A stretch of DNA of 64,000 nt, from IMG/VR virus record IMGVR_UViG_3300044796_000662, positions 186,001 to 250,000 of that record; one strand, given 5' to 3'. A program made the translations under genes and the position numbers. Of this stretch, positions 9,901 through 18,164 are shown one piece after another; within the stretch, counting starts at the first letter, position 1, and every line of letters starts with the position of its first letter. Under the pieces are notes generated by a model. That model did not search any database and was not told where the DNA came from. It was given only the letters and a program-made list of their open reading frames with translations.

Positions 9901-12900
9901 AGCGAAGATCGAGTCGAGCGGCGGGAGCGTTGCCGAAGGTGGGATCTGCGCCGGGACGATGAACGGCACTTGTGCCGCCTGTCCGAAGCCCGTGTAGATG
10001 TAGTCGGTAGGCGGGAGGATCGCGCTCGGAGCAGGAACCCCAATGAACGTGGCCGCTGCCTGTGCAGCTTGACCAAAGCCAGCGTACACGGACGTGGGAG
10101 GGGGCAGAGCAGGAACAACTGGCGGCGGAATCGCAGGAATGATCTGCGCGGCCTGCGTCGGGAAGCCGAATCCCGCGAAGACGTAATCGGTCGGCGGGAG
10201 CTGTGCGCTCGGCGGGAGGATCGTCGGCTGGACGAAGAACGGTGCCTGCGAAGGCTGGCCGTACCCCGCATAGACAGAGTCGAGAGGAGGCAGGCTCGCA
10301 TTCGGCGGGAGTACGAAGGGCTGAACGAGCTGTGCGTTCTGAGCAGGCTGGCCGTACCCAGCGTACACGTAGTCCGTGGGAGGGAGCAGAGGTACGAATG
10401 GCGGCGGTGTTCCAACGAAGGTCGCTGGGGCCTGAGCTGCCTGACCGAAGCCCGCGTACACGTAGTCCGTGGGCGGAAGCAGCGGCACGAAGGGGGGCGG
10501 AACCGCAGGGATGATCTGCGCCGTCTGCGAAGGTTGGCCGTATCCCTTGAGGACGTAGTCAGTTGGCGGAAGCAGCGCGAGTTGAGGGAGGTTGAACGGC
10601 TGGTACAGCGCTGCGTTCTGCGGGGGTTGGCCGTATCCTGCCAACACATAGTCGGTGGGCGGTAGCTGCGCGTTCGGCGGAAGCACAAACGGTTGAACGA
10701 AGAACGGCGCTTCTGCGGGTTGACCGTACCCGGCCAGCACGTAGTCGGTCGGAGGAAGCACCGCGGACGGCGGCAAGACCACCGGCTGGACGAGAGATGC
10801 ATTCTGGGAGGGTTGGCCGTATCCCGTAAGAACCGCGTCAAGCGGAGGCAGGATCGCGCTCGGCGGGATCACGAACGGCTGCACGAGCTGCGCGTTTTGC
10901 GAGGGTTGGCCAGCACCCGTGTTGGTCTGCCCGCCGAACGCGCCCGTGATGCCGATGGGCTCCCCGTTCTCAATCGCCTGGAAGAGCGGCAAGTCCGCTA
11001 CTAGGGGCGGGAGGAACGAGTTGCCATAGACGTACCCCACGAGCGGATTGGCGCCCTGTCCGAGAGCGCCGCCCGAAGTGGCGTTGAACGTACCACCATC
11101 CGAGATGTACACGGTAGGCGGTTTGGTACGGTAACGCTCTGCCGGAGCCTCGATGTCGAACTCCGTGAAGGTGATGACAGGAGGTTGTGCGGCTTGGCCG
11201 GCACCTTGACCAAGAGCACCGCCTGAGGTGGGGTTGAAGGACCCACCGTCCGAGATGTACACGTGCGGCGGCTTCCCACGGCCACGCAGCGCCTCCGCGT
11301 CGATGTCCAACTCACTGTAGAGGGTAATGGGCGAAGGAGGCGGCCCCGGCTGGCCGTACCCAGTGTTGGTCTGCCCTCCGAACGCACCCGTGATGCCGTT
11401 GGGTTCACCGTTCTCAAGAGCCTGGAACGGAGGCAGGTCGGCACGGATCTGATTGAAGATCTGCTCCTGCGCGTTGAGGTTGATGGTCGTCGCAAGCCCC
11501 AGGGGCTTGAATGCGGCAACCGCAGCGCTCCAGTTGTAGCTCGACGTGAACGTACAGCCTGGCGAGTAGGTGCCAGGGGCGCCCGCGAGCTGGTCTTGCT
11601 CCATCGCTGCGCCGGAGTTGAAGTTGTACCTGGTGATCGCACCGCCCGTGGGCACGTAGCCGGTGCTAGACCCGTTCGTCTCGATGACCGTGAACAGGAG
11701 GTCCGTGCCTACCGTTGTCGTGATCGGCACTGACACGGAGGTGCTTGCAGTGGTGCCGATCGCGGTCGCCACATCAAGGGGATCCGACGTGTTCTGGACA
11801 CCGGAGTATTCCACCACACTGAGTTCGTAGTAGTTGGATCCACCCCAAGTCGCGGTGACGGCGTTGCTAGCGTGGGCAGCGATGTTCCAAGCGTAGTAGA
11901 TAGCGACGATACCCCCAGGACTGACCACTGCCGAGTGGTACACGTTGCCAGCGGTATCAGTGACCGAGATGGGACCACCAGTGGGCGAGAACACCGCCGC
12001 CACAAGCAGGTTGCCCGCTGTGTTCGAGCCGGTGAACGTAGCCGTGACGCTGGTACCTGGGGCGACGTTGTTGCTCGCCACCTGGACGTACGTGGGAGCC
12101 GTGATGCCGGGGTTTCCCGCGATGCTCAACGAACCAAACTGACCACTGATGTTGAGGTACCCCGTAAGGGTAACAACATCGAGTCCCTTCAAGATCGTTT
12201 GCTGCGTTGGGGGAAGCCCCCACGGCTGCATCGCGGGGGACAGGACATCCAAGGGGCTCGCGTAGATGGTCCCCTTCGCCGGCACGATAGAACCGGCCCC
12301 TGCGTGGAGAGCTATGCTGTAGGGCAGCACCTCGGGAGCCTTGAAGGGCGATGAGTGCGAGACGTACGCGACGCCTGGCGATTGACCGTACCCGGCCTTG
12401 ACGCCTGTTGTCGCCGGAAGCTGTGGCGACTCGCTAACCGAGGGTCTGGTGATTGTGTTGATGTTCGACAGACCCGCAAAGCTCTGTGCCTTGAAGGTCA
12501 CAATGCAAGAGACAACCGAACCGCCCGACGACGCGATCGTGGAAGTGCTGCTGTAGGCCCCGGTCGATGTGACTACACGATCGGCCACACCATTCCACGG
12601 ACCGTTGCCACCGAGACCTCTGGAAGTCCAAGTGGGGTCCAACGCTGAAAGGTTGTTACCCGCCCAAGCGAGCCAGTTGAACAGAAGCTCGGTGGCTTGG
12701 GTTGTTGTGGGGGTAGGACCCGTTGTGAAGCTCGTACCAGACGAACCCGTGTAGGTATCGACAGAAACGTCTGGACCAGCAAGCCCGCTGTACTCCAAGG
12801 CCCACACGTAGAAGCTCTGCATGCCTCCCGTGGTGTACGTGACCGTGATGTGCGTGGCGCCCGCGATCGTGATCTTCGAGTAGTAGACCCCCGTCTCGTA

Positions 12901-15186
12901 CGTGCTCGCGTCGTCGAACGTGGTGAGGGCCGGATAGTACGAGTTGCCCTTGTCGTCGGTAACCGAGACGAAGCTTGAAGGGTACTGCCCGCTCCAGGCG
13001 ACGATCACGGTGTTGCCCACCGTGGCCGCCACGGGGAGGATGGCCGTAACGGAGGTGACCGCGGTGTAAGCCACACCCGCTACAGGGGCCTTTTGAATGA
13101 ACGTTGGGTTCGCGTACCCCAAGCCCAGTTGCTGTGTGAGTGTGCCAACAGCACCCGTGACGTTAAGGCCACCGTAGATCGGTTGGAACGAGCCACCGCT
13201 TAGCGCGCCACCTGTCGTTGGCTCGAAGGTCCCGCCGTCTGCGAGCTGCACCGCGGTCAACGAAGGCAGATCAGCGGGAGCAGGTCGCAGACGGTTGTAG
13301 ACCGAGGACTGGATAGCCGAAGGGTTGTTCCAGTAGAAGTTCGCCGCGATCATACCCCAAGAGGCGTTGCCAGCGAGCGTAACTCCCGCGCTGTTGGTAC
13401 CGATCGTCGCACCGATGTCATCTTCAATGATCTGGTCGAAAATAGAAGTGACCAGGCGTTGCGTGTACCCAGAACCGGGCGTCGTCGTCGGTTGCGAGCC
13501 GCTCCACCCGGTAGCGATGATGGCGCCGAGCTTGCTGGTCGTGAAGTTGCCCGTGGATGGCGTGGAGGTGAACAACGAGTTCGTGCTCGTGTCCATCGCC
13601 GCGCCCGTATCGTAGGCGTTGATGCCCGAATACTCGGCCGCGATCACGGTCATCGCGTTGACGTTGGTCGTGGTGAAAGCGACGCTGACCTGATTGCCCG
13701 AGCCGCCCGTGATGCCGAAGGCAACGTAGACGGCCATCGACACGGCGCTGTAGCCGCTGCTCGCCGTGCCCGCCCAGCTCAAGACCTGTGTGTAGGAGTT
13801 CCCTTGGGTATCGGTCACGCCCGTGCCCGGGAAGCCGTTGGCCGGATAGACCATGCCGCACATGACGAAGACCACGATGGCGTTACCCGCGGTGTTCGCC
13901 GATCCGAAGGCTGCCGTCGTCGCTGGGCTTGCAACGCTACCGCCGGGCTCTTCGAGATACGCTCCCTGTTTGAACGTGACGGCCGGAACCGACACGGGAG
14001 TGCCCGACAGGACCATGGTCCCGAGGTTGCCCGTGACATTCAGGAGGCTGAATATGTTGGACGGAACGCCAAGCGTCGTCTGGCCACCAAAAGCACCCGT
14101 GATGCCCGTTTGATTGGCGTGCTGAAGGGTTTGGAACGGAGGCAGGTCCGGAACCACCGGAGGCAAGAAGATGTTGTCGATCTCGTATCCGATGGTGAGC
14201 GGAGGCGGCGGGGTAAACGGACCCGGCGCGACTTGACCGCCAAAGGCGCCCGTGATCCCGTTGTTGTGGCCCGTAGGGATCGCCTGAAACGGCGGCAACA
14301 ACATCACATCGGTCGTAGGCGCGGCCGAAGCTTCCAGGGCGTTGATGACCGATTCGTCCTGTGCTGCGTAGAACCCCGCCGCGACGATCCCCCAGGTCTG
14401 AGCGGTCATGGTCGCAATGGCCGTCACGGACCCCGCAGCACCAAAGACCGCGTACTCCAGAATGTCTGCGTATCCGCTCGTCTTCTGAATGAGCCTGAAC
14501 CCACCACCAGCTCCCGTCGCCGAACCAGTGTTGATCGTCGCTGCGAAGACAATGCACTGGCGGTGAGCGAGGTTGAAGGGCCCAGTGGTGGCGTTTGCCG
14601 TCGTACCCGTAGCCCCAGCGCCGTTGTCGTAAGCAGTGATACCCGCGACCTCGAAGCAGTAGATGGCGGGCGAGGTCATGCTGCCCGTAGCCGTAAAAGA
14701 CACCGCGTTGGAAGCCCCGCCCACCACATTGAAGGCCACGTAAACGGCCATCTGCGTGCTGTTGGGTGTGCTCGATACGGAGGCACCCGGGCAGGCGACG
14801 TATGTGTTGCCTTGAGTGTCCGTGACCGTGTTAAACGTGACGCCCGTGGAGTTCTGGTTGGCGAGGATAACGACGATCGCTCGTCCCGGCTTGACGGTGG
14901 CTCCGAATGTTGCTGTCTGCGTAGACTCCCCGACCGCCACCTGAATGTACTGCGGCGCTTGCGCCATCGAGTTGCTGAACAGCGTCCCGATCCTGCCAGA
15001 CACGTTCAGACCCGCGAGCACCCCTAGATTGGCACCCGTGTTGACCTGGCCACCAAAGGCGCCCGTGATGCCGTTGGACTCGCCGTTATCGATCATCTGA
15101 AGCGGCGGCAAGTCCGCCGTCAAAGGAGGCAGCGAGTGCGTGTGGAACAAAGAGGTGGGCCGCAACGGCGGCGCACCGAAGCCCAC
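6907..15186 (-). CDS. Giant repetitive virion fibre/appendage-like protein (~2759 aa)
   Basis: Open frame 6907-15228; probable start GTG 15186 (GGAG 7 nt upstream). Four Thr/Ser/Gly/Ala-rich beta domains, ~38 Pro-rich repeats, C-terminal Ig-like domain. Confidence 0.8.
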   Translation of the reverse strand: MGFGAPPLRPTSLFHTHSLPPLTADLPPLQMIDNGESNGITGAFGGQVNTGANLGVLAGLNVSGRIGTLFSNSMAQAPQYIQVAVGESTQTATFGATVKPGRAIVVILANQNSTGVTFNTVTDTQGNTYVACPGASVSSTPNSTQMAVYVAFNVVGGASNAVSFTATGSMTSPAIYCFEVAGITAYDNGAGATGTTANATTGPFNLAHRQCIVFAATINTGSATGAGGGFRLIQKTSGYADILEYAVFGAAGSVTAIATMTAQTWGIVAAGFYAAQDESVINALEASAAPTTDVMLLPPFQAIPTGHNNGITGAFGGQVAPGPFTPPPPLTIGYEIDNIFLPPVVPDLPPFQTLQHANQTGITGAFGGQTTLGVPSNIFSLLNVTGNLGTMVLSGTPVSVPAVTFKQGAYLEEPGGSVASPATTAAFGSANTAGNAIVVFVMCGMVYPANGFPGTGVTDTQGNSYTQVLSWAGTASSGYSAVSMAVYVAFGITGGSGNQVSVAFTTTNVNAMTVIAAEYSGINAYDTGAAMDTSTNSLFTSTPSTGNFTTSKLGAIIATGWSGSQPTTTPGSGYTQRLVTSIFDQIIEDDIGATIGTNSAGVTLAGNASWGMIAANFYWNNPSAIQSSVYNRLRPAPADLPSLTAVQLADGGTFEPTTGGALSGGSFQPIYGGLNVTGAVGTLTQQLGLGYANPTFIQKAPVAGVAYTAVTSVTAILPVAATVGNTVIVAWSGQYPSSFVSVTDDKGNSYYPALTTFDDASTYETGVYYSKITIAGATHITVTYTTGGMQSFYVWALEYSGLAGPDVSVDTYTGSSGTSFTTGPTPTTTQATELLFNWLAWAGNNLSALDPTWTSRGLGGNGPWNGVADRVVTSTGAYSSTSTIASSGGSVVSCIVTFKAQSFAGLSNINTITRPSVSESPQLPATTGVKAGYGQSPGVAYVSHSSPFKAPEVLPYSIALHAGAGSIVPAKGTIYASPLDVLSPAMQPWGLPPTQQTILKGLDVVTLTGYLNISGQFGSLSIAGNPGITAPTYVQVASNNVAPGTSVTATFTGSNTAGNLLVAAVFSPTGGPISVTDTAGNVYHSAVVSPGGIVAIYYAWNIAAHASNAVTATWGGSNYYELSVVEYSGVQNTSDPLDVATAIGTTASTSVSVPITTTVGTDLLFTVIETNGSSTGYVPTGGAITRYNFNSGAAMEQDQLAGAPGTYSPGCTFTSSYNWSAAVAAFKPLGLATTINLNAQEQIFNQIRADLPPFQALENGEPNGITGAFGGQTNTGYGQPGPPPSPITLYSELDIDAEALRGRGKPPHVYISDGGSFNPTSGGALGQGAGQAAQPPVITFTEFDIEAPAERYRTKPPTVYISDGGTFNATSGGALGQGANPLVGYVYGNSFLPPLVADLPLFQAIENGEPIGITGAFGGQTNTGAGQPSQNAQLVQPFVIPPSAILPPLDAVLTGYGQPSQNASLVQPVVLPPSAVLPPTDYVLAGYGQPAEAPFFVQPFVLPPNAQLPPTDYVLAGYGQPPQNAALYQPFNLPQLALLPPTDYVLKGYGQPSQTAQIIPAVPPPFVPLLPPTDYVYAGFGQAAQAPATFVGTPPPFVPLLPPTDYVYAGYGQPAQNAQLVQPFVLPPNASLPPLDSVYAGYGQPSQAPFFVQPTILPPSAQLPPTDYVFAGFGFPTQAAQIIPAIPPPVVPALPPPTSVYAGFGQAAQAAATFIGVPAPSAILPPTDYIYTGFGQAAQVPFIVPAQIPPSATLPPLDSIFAGYGQPSQVAQLLVQPPAPYVQLPPQDYILKGFGQATQAPSVVPAQIPPFAVLPPEDSIFIGYGQPAQVAQILPAIPPPRVPDLPPPQSIFAGFGQPAQNAALFQPFVLPPSALLPPPTFLVAGYGKPSLNAFTISQPLVAPSATLPPQDYVVTGYGQAAQIAEVFYPSLFPAPSAILPPEDSIFAGYGTPSLSNIPFTLQPQPPYVALPPEDSIFAGFGKPAQVAVQIIGVPPPAANLPPQDYVYAGYGQAAQAPFFVQPFVLPPSAALPPPQSIYAGYGKPAQVAALFQPFVLPPSAALPPLDSIFAGYGQAAEVPFFVQPTLLPPSANLPPQDYVFAGYGQAAEAPFHVQATILPPTEVLPPQDYIYAGYGKPAEAPFFVQPTLLPPSAVLPPEDSIFAGFGYPPQNPAIYTQPLVPPFAALPPTDYILKGFGQAAQAPTLVQPFVLPPTEVLPPPQSIYAGFGRPAQNAALYQPFVLPPSAALPPLDSIFAGFGFPPQKAVVYTQPLVPPFTQLPPEDAVFAGHGQAAQSPELFQPFVLPPSAQLPPQDYVLKGYGQAAQNAQIIIAPPVAPHAYYLIPPPLLLSSGDPPPAFYATSGGALTGGAGTAAQSAVVFSLPPPSPYVQLPPTDYLFAGYGQAAQAPFISKAAPADYVPLPPLDSLFAGFGQAAQNPAIYIGVPAPAALLPPTDYVLAGYGQAAQVAQIIPAVPPPLVPDLPPPQYVIPGFGFPAQVAQLFQAYDARAPYPTVIPELVVGYGQAAQAPQIIPTIPAPLVPDLPPPQYLFAGFGFPPQNAQIIPAALPPVADLPPQDSIFAGYGVPSQNAFIYVQPPAQYVSLPPISAIIAGYNYQAPVLPPILRTRTTSRLVAFPYWATFFEPHHLPLYVYEKDDDKRRHPVEPYKVTFALYQVKDMFLMPVGPDAREPAHGPGVGHFYVTGVVGEGGQPGIWMVRWTVQETFFSQSFTKDYYFEVLDAVSAHFPDDKTPRGRKRGWD
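7354..10917 (-). repeat. Coding tandem repeat, ~38 units of 30-32 aa (~93 bp): G[YF]GQ[PA][AS]Q-x10-PP-x3-LPPxD[YS][IV][FY]A
   Basis: Units counted by hand in the translated ORF. Confidence 0.9.
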
Positions 15187-15514
15187 GCCCGGACTCCGCG
15201 ATCGTCTCGAACGATACTTCGAACGCATGACGAGCGTGGACGGCCTTGTCGTAGGCTTCCTTCGCCATGTTGAGGGCGATCTCGACGTCCTGGAAGAGCG
15301 AGCGTCGGTTGGCTTCGGCCTTCGCTGCCGAGAAGTCTTCGTTGTTCCAGGTGTTGTCCGCCTGGCGCTGCACCGTCTCGACGAGGGCCTTGTCGAACTC
15401 GGGCACTTCCCCCTTCATGTACTGGAGGTAGTTGTGCAGGAGTCCGAGCACCTCAAGGGAAACACTCGGAGGGTCCTCGGGAGGACGATTGACGAGGTTG
15501 CTCATGGTGACCAT
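15086..15514 (-). CDS. Hypothetical protein (accessory, probably leaderless)
   Basis: CGGTGTAG motif 9 nt upstream of ATG; 3' end overlaps start of the giant gene. Confidence 0.6.
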   Translation of the reverse strand: MVTMSNLVNRPPEDPPSVSLEVLGLLHNYLQYMKGEVPEFDKALVETVQRQADNTWNNEDFSAAKAEANRRSLFQDVEIALNMAKEAYDKAVHARHAFEVSFETIAESGRGLRCAAVAAHLFVPHALAASFDGGLAAASDDR

Positions 15515-15523
15515 GCCCGCCTT

Positions 15524-15531
15524 CTACACCG
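15524..15531 (-). promoter_or_regulatory. CGGTGTAG candidate promoter element
   Basis: Intergenic, 9 nt before ATG 15514; same motif at 26035, 26796, 28027, 55880. Confidence 0.65.
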
Positions 15532-15548
15532 CGATGGGCCCAAGCGGC

Positions 15549-15878
15549 TCAAGTTTTCTTCGCCTGGGACAGCGCCTCGAACTCGCTCATGGGCCGCTCG
15601 AAGAAGCAGAGCCGTTTGGCCCCGCTCTCGTCCGCGAGGGAGACGCCGCGGATGTAGTGCTGGACGCCCTTGTCATCGGGCCACAGGGGAAGAGGGCACT
15701 CGTCTACCCAGAAGAGCGCTCCTGAGGCCAGAACGATGAGGTATTCCTCAGGCTCCGCCCCAACCGCCGTCGTCGTCGCCTTCGTCACGGTCTTGACCGG
15801 GATAGCGTCGGTGATGCCCTGGTCCGGAGTCGTGCCATTCGTCATCGTGCCGTTCGTCGTCTTCATCTTGGTGCTCAT
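15549..15878 (-). CDS. Hypothetical protein
   Basis: Typical codon usage; overlaps 3' end of upstream ORF by 131 bp. Confidence 0.6.
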   Translation of the reverse strand: MSTKMKTTNGTMTNGTTPDQGITDAIPVKTVTKATTTAVGAEPEEYLIVLASGALFWVDECPLPLWPDDKGVQHYIRGVSLADESGAKRLCFFERPMSEFEALSQAKKT

Positions 15879-16350
15879 TTTCGAACTGCTCGTATTGCTC
15901 TCGACGGTAGATCTCGTCGAATCGAACCCAGACCCTCATCCACGGTTCCCGAGGGTTGTAGCGTAGGTAGCGCAGCCGTACCCCGCCACCACGGTACCCA
16001 TCATGGCAGTGACAGCCGCACTCGTGATGGCAGTGCGGCCGACAGATGGGACAGGGTACATGGACAAGATCTGCGAAGCCCGCAAGGATGCCTACACCAA
16101 TCGCTGGGAGCGGGACTGAAGCGATCAAGTCGCCGTGCCCCGAAACCCGGCTTCCAAGGAGGTGTATCTCCTTGACGACCTGCCCGTAGAAGGTCGCCGC
16201 TCCCGCAGCCGTGCCCCCAGCGAGAAACTGGTAGTCATAGGCAAGGGTTCCCACGCCGGCTGCGCGGCCGGTCATGAGGACCACATTTTGCGTGGAGCCC
16301 GTCAGGGTACCAACGCCACTGGCCTTGCCGGAGACGTTGAGGGTCGCCAT
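15748..16350 (-). CDS. Gly/Ala-rich virion accessory protein with Cys/His cluster
   Basis: GxAxGxGTL repeats, then CPICRPHCHHECGCHCHD. Confidence 0.6.
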   Translation of the reverse strand: MATLNVSGKASGVGTLTGSTQNVVLMTGRAAGVGTLAYDYQFLAGGTAAGAATFYGQVVKEIHLLGSRVSGHGDLIASVPLPAIGVGILAGFADLVHVPCPICRPHCHHECGCHCHDGYRGGGVRLRYLRYNPREPWMRVWVRFDEIYRREQYEQFENEHQDEDDERHDDEWHDSGPGHHRRYPGQDRDEGDDDGGWGGA

Positions 16351-16361
16351 CCGCTACCCCG

Positions 16362-16745
16362 TCAGGTTTCGGTGACGATGAGCTGTCCCGTGGGGAACAC
16401 GATCTGGTCGTTGACAAGAACGACGCGAGACGAACTCAGGGAGCTGAAGTAGAGAAGGTTGCCGCCCGACACGGAGTCAAGGAGGCCGAACGCTACAATC
16501 GTACCCCAAGAGCTGCTAGCGATGGGGAAAGAGACCGTCGTAGCGTTGTTCGTCTGCCCGTTGGTGGGAGAGACGAAGGTCACGGTCTGACGAGCGTAGC
16601 TGCCGCCCGTGACCTCAGTGCCCGAGGTGGTCGGTGTGGGGGACACCGTGTAGAGGGCCACGTAGATGGTCGTGGGCGCGACGAATACGCCGTTGAGCAG
16701 CACGTAGTTGAGGACGTTGTTGTCGAGGTACGTGCTCTTCGGCAT
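16362..16745 (-). CDS. Small virion/tail-fibre-associated beta protein (paralogue of 17641-18051)
   Basis: YVALYT..PT...GTEVTGGSYARQ.VTF...FP.A...WGTIVAFGL.D...GGNLLYF, a common phage structural family. Confidence 0.75.
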   Translation of the reverse strand: MPKSTYLDNNVLNYVLLNGVFVAPTTIYVALYTVSPTPTTSGTEVTGGSYARQTVTFVSPTNGQTNNATTVSFPIASSSWGTIVAFGLLDSVSGGNLLYFSSLSSSRVVLVNDQIVFPTGQLIVTET

Positions 16746-16749
16746 GGTC

Positions 16750-17145
16750 TTACCGAGGGGGCTTCATAAACGAAGCAACGAGGCCCGGAGTGGGCGTGGA
16801 GAGATTGTTGACCACGTCGTAGTCCTGCGCCTGAATCTGCGGGACTGACGTGTACGTGAGAATCACCCGCCAGTACCCCACGCCGATCGGCCGAAACCGA
16901 ACATTGTAGAACCCAGCGCTGCCCGGGATCTCGTTGAAGTACACGTTGCCAGACGCGACCTGCGCGTCAGGGACAGTCGTGCCATCCACAAGGCCCCACG
17001 GCTGGATAGCGTTGTTGAAGAAGAGCTGAAGGGTGAGCTGGCTTGGCGTCAGACCCGAAAGGCGTGTGAAGCCGTCCGACTGGAAGAAGTCGGGCTGGTC
17101 GATCACCGTCGCGTTGTTCTGAACGATCCTGCCACGCGTGCTCAT
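16750..17145 (-). CDS. Ig-like virion accessory protein
   Basis: EIPGSAGFYNVRFRPIGVGYWRVILTY beta-sandwich pattern. Confidence 0.6.
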   Translation of the reverse strand: MSTRGRIVQNNATVIDQPDFFQSDGFTRLSGLTPSQLTLQLFFNNAIQPWGLVDGTTVPDAQVASGNVYFNEIPGSAGFYNVRFRPIGVGYWRVILTYTSVPQIQAQDYDVVNNLSTPTPGLVASFMKPPR

Positions 17146-17148
17146 GGC

Positions 17149-17322
17149 TCACGGCCTCCGCATAGGGCGGAACACAACGACTTCCTCGGGCGCCGGCTGG
17201 TTGGCCAGCTCGGGCGGCGGATGCTTGCGCTTGATGTTGGCCCCAAGAGAGAAGGCCATCGACGCCCGGGTGTCCGTGGAAGCAGTCGCGATGAGGTTGG
17301 CCGAGAGCTGAATCTCGGCCAT
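17149..17322 (-). CDS. Small hypothetical protein (57 aa)
   Basis: Below ORF-track cutoff; MAEIQLSANLIATASTDTRASMAFSLGANIKRKHPP...RPMRRP* exactly fills the gap. Confidence 0.65.
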   Translation of the reverse strand: MAEIQLSANLIATASTDTRASMAFSLGANIKRKHPPPELANQPAPEEVVVFRPMRRP

Positions 17323-17323
17323 C

Positions 17324-17623
17324 TCAGGTCTTCCGGGTCGGGATGCTGAGCTGCTGCGGGAAGGTGGGCTGGGCGATGACCCGAAGAGGGGTCGCCGTAA
17401 GCACCACAGGCGGAAGCGGAGTCACGTGGTGCGCAACCGACATGAACACCGGCCCAAAGTAGGCTTCTGCCGAGATGTGTGCGATCTCCCCTGCCTTGTC
17501 GGAGAGAGACGCGCCCACGCTGGCGCTCGCAGAAACGGTGGAGTGGAGCGCGAAGTGCTCCGTGGCCCCCGCCGTAACGGTGGCCCCGGCGATGATGGTC
17601 GAGGCGATGAAGTAGGCGGTCAC
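17324..17623 (-). CDS. Ala/Ser-rich virion accessory protein
   Basis: Repetitive A/S/T pattern; between structural genes. Confidence 0.6.
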   Translation of the reverse strand: MTAYFIASTIIAGATVTAGATEHFALHSTVSASASVGASLSDKAGEIAHISAEAYFGPVFMSVAHHVTPLPPVVLTATPLRVIAQPTFPQQLSIPTRKT

Positions 17624-17640
17624 GTGCAGCCCTTACCCGG

Positions 17641-18051
17641 TCACTGCTCAGTGACGGAGAGCGAGGTACCCGCGAAGGAGACCGTGTCTCCGGAGCCGAC
17701 CGTCTTCGAAGACGTCAGGTTGCCGAAGTAGAGGATCGTCGAGTCAGGCGAGCCCGAGGCCGTCGCAGCGTTGCAGATGGCGCACGCCACGATGGTGCCC
17801 CATCCCGCGCCCGTCGCGGTCGGGAACGTGACCGTACCCGAGTTCGAGGTGCTGCCTCCCGAGGGAGCCGAGAACGTCACGGCCGTGCGGGCGTAGCCCG
17901 TACCCGAAGACGTGACCTCAGTGCCCGAGGTGGTCGGCGTCGGAGCGACCGTGTAGAGGGCCACGTAGACCGTCGAGGTGGACGTGTACGTACCGTTGGT
18001 CAGAAGCAACGCGAGCATCGCGTTGTCGAGGATCTGGGACTTGGCGGCCAT
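17641..18051 (-). CDS. Small virion/tail-fibre-associated beta protein (paralogue of 16362-16745)
   Basis: YVALYTVAPTPTTSGTEVT..GYARTAVTF...FPTAT..WGTIVA; SD and TTTATG upstream. Confidence 0.75.
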   Translation of the reverse strand: MAAKSQILDNAMLALLLTNGTYTSTSTVYVALYTVAPTPTTSGTEVTSSGTGYARTAVTFSAPSGGSTSNSGTVTFPTATGAGWGTIVACAICNAATASGSPDSTILYFGNLTSSKTVGSGDTVSFAGTSLSVTEQ

Positions 18052-18164
18052 GGTGGTTCCTTCTCTGAGCCAGCGAGCGGCATAAAAGAAAGCGGGCGCT
18101 GCCCAACGTCAGTGGTTGCGAAACTTCGACAGAAGAGCGAGGGTCTGGAGGAGCGACTTGGCGC

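Noticed and set aside
7644-10841. 1065-aa alternative-frame minus-strand ORF in the repeat region
   Set aside because: Arg/Ser-rich off-frame reading of the repeat; stop-free because of codon bias
7354-10917. Possible CRISPR array or DGR template in the ~93-bp periodic region
   Set aside because: Repeats are conserved at protein level with synonymous variation; no invariant repeat/unique spacer structure, no cas operon, no reverse transcriptase
6907-15186. Giant ORF as tape-measure protein
   Set aside because: Pro-rich and beta-rich rather than helical Ala/Leu-rich; no upstream tail tube or chaperone pair
18052-18164. tRNA or ncRNA in the longer intergenic gaps (also 21063-21158, 29683-29791)
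   Set aside because: No cloverleaf or T-loop signature recognisable by eye; an Infernal/tRNAscan run would be needed to exclude other ncRNAs
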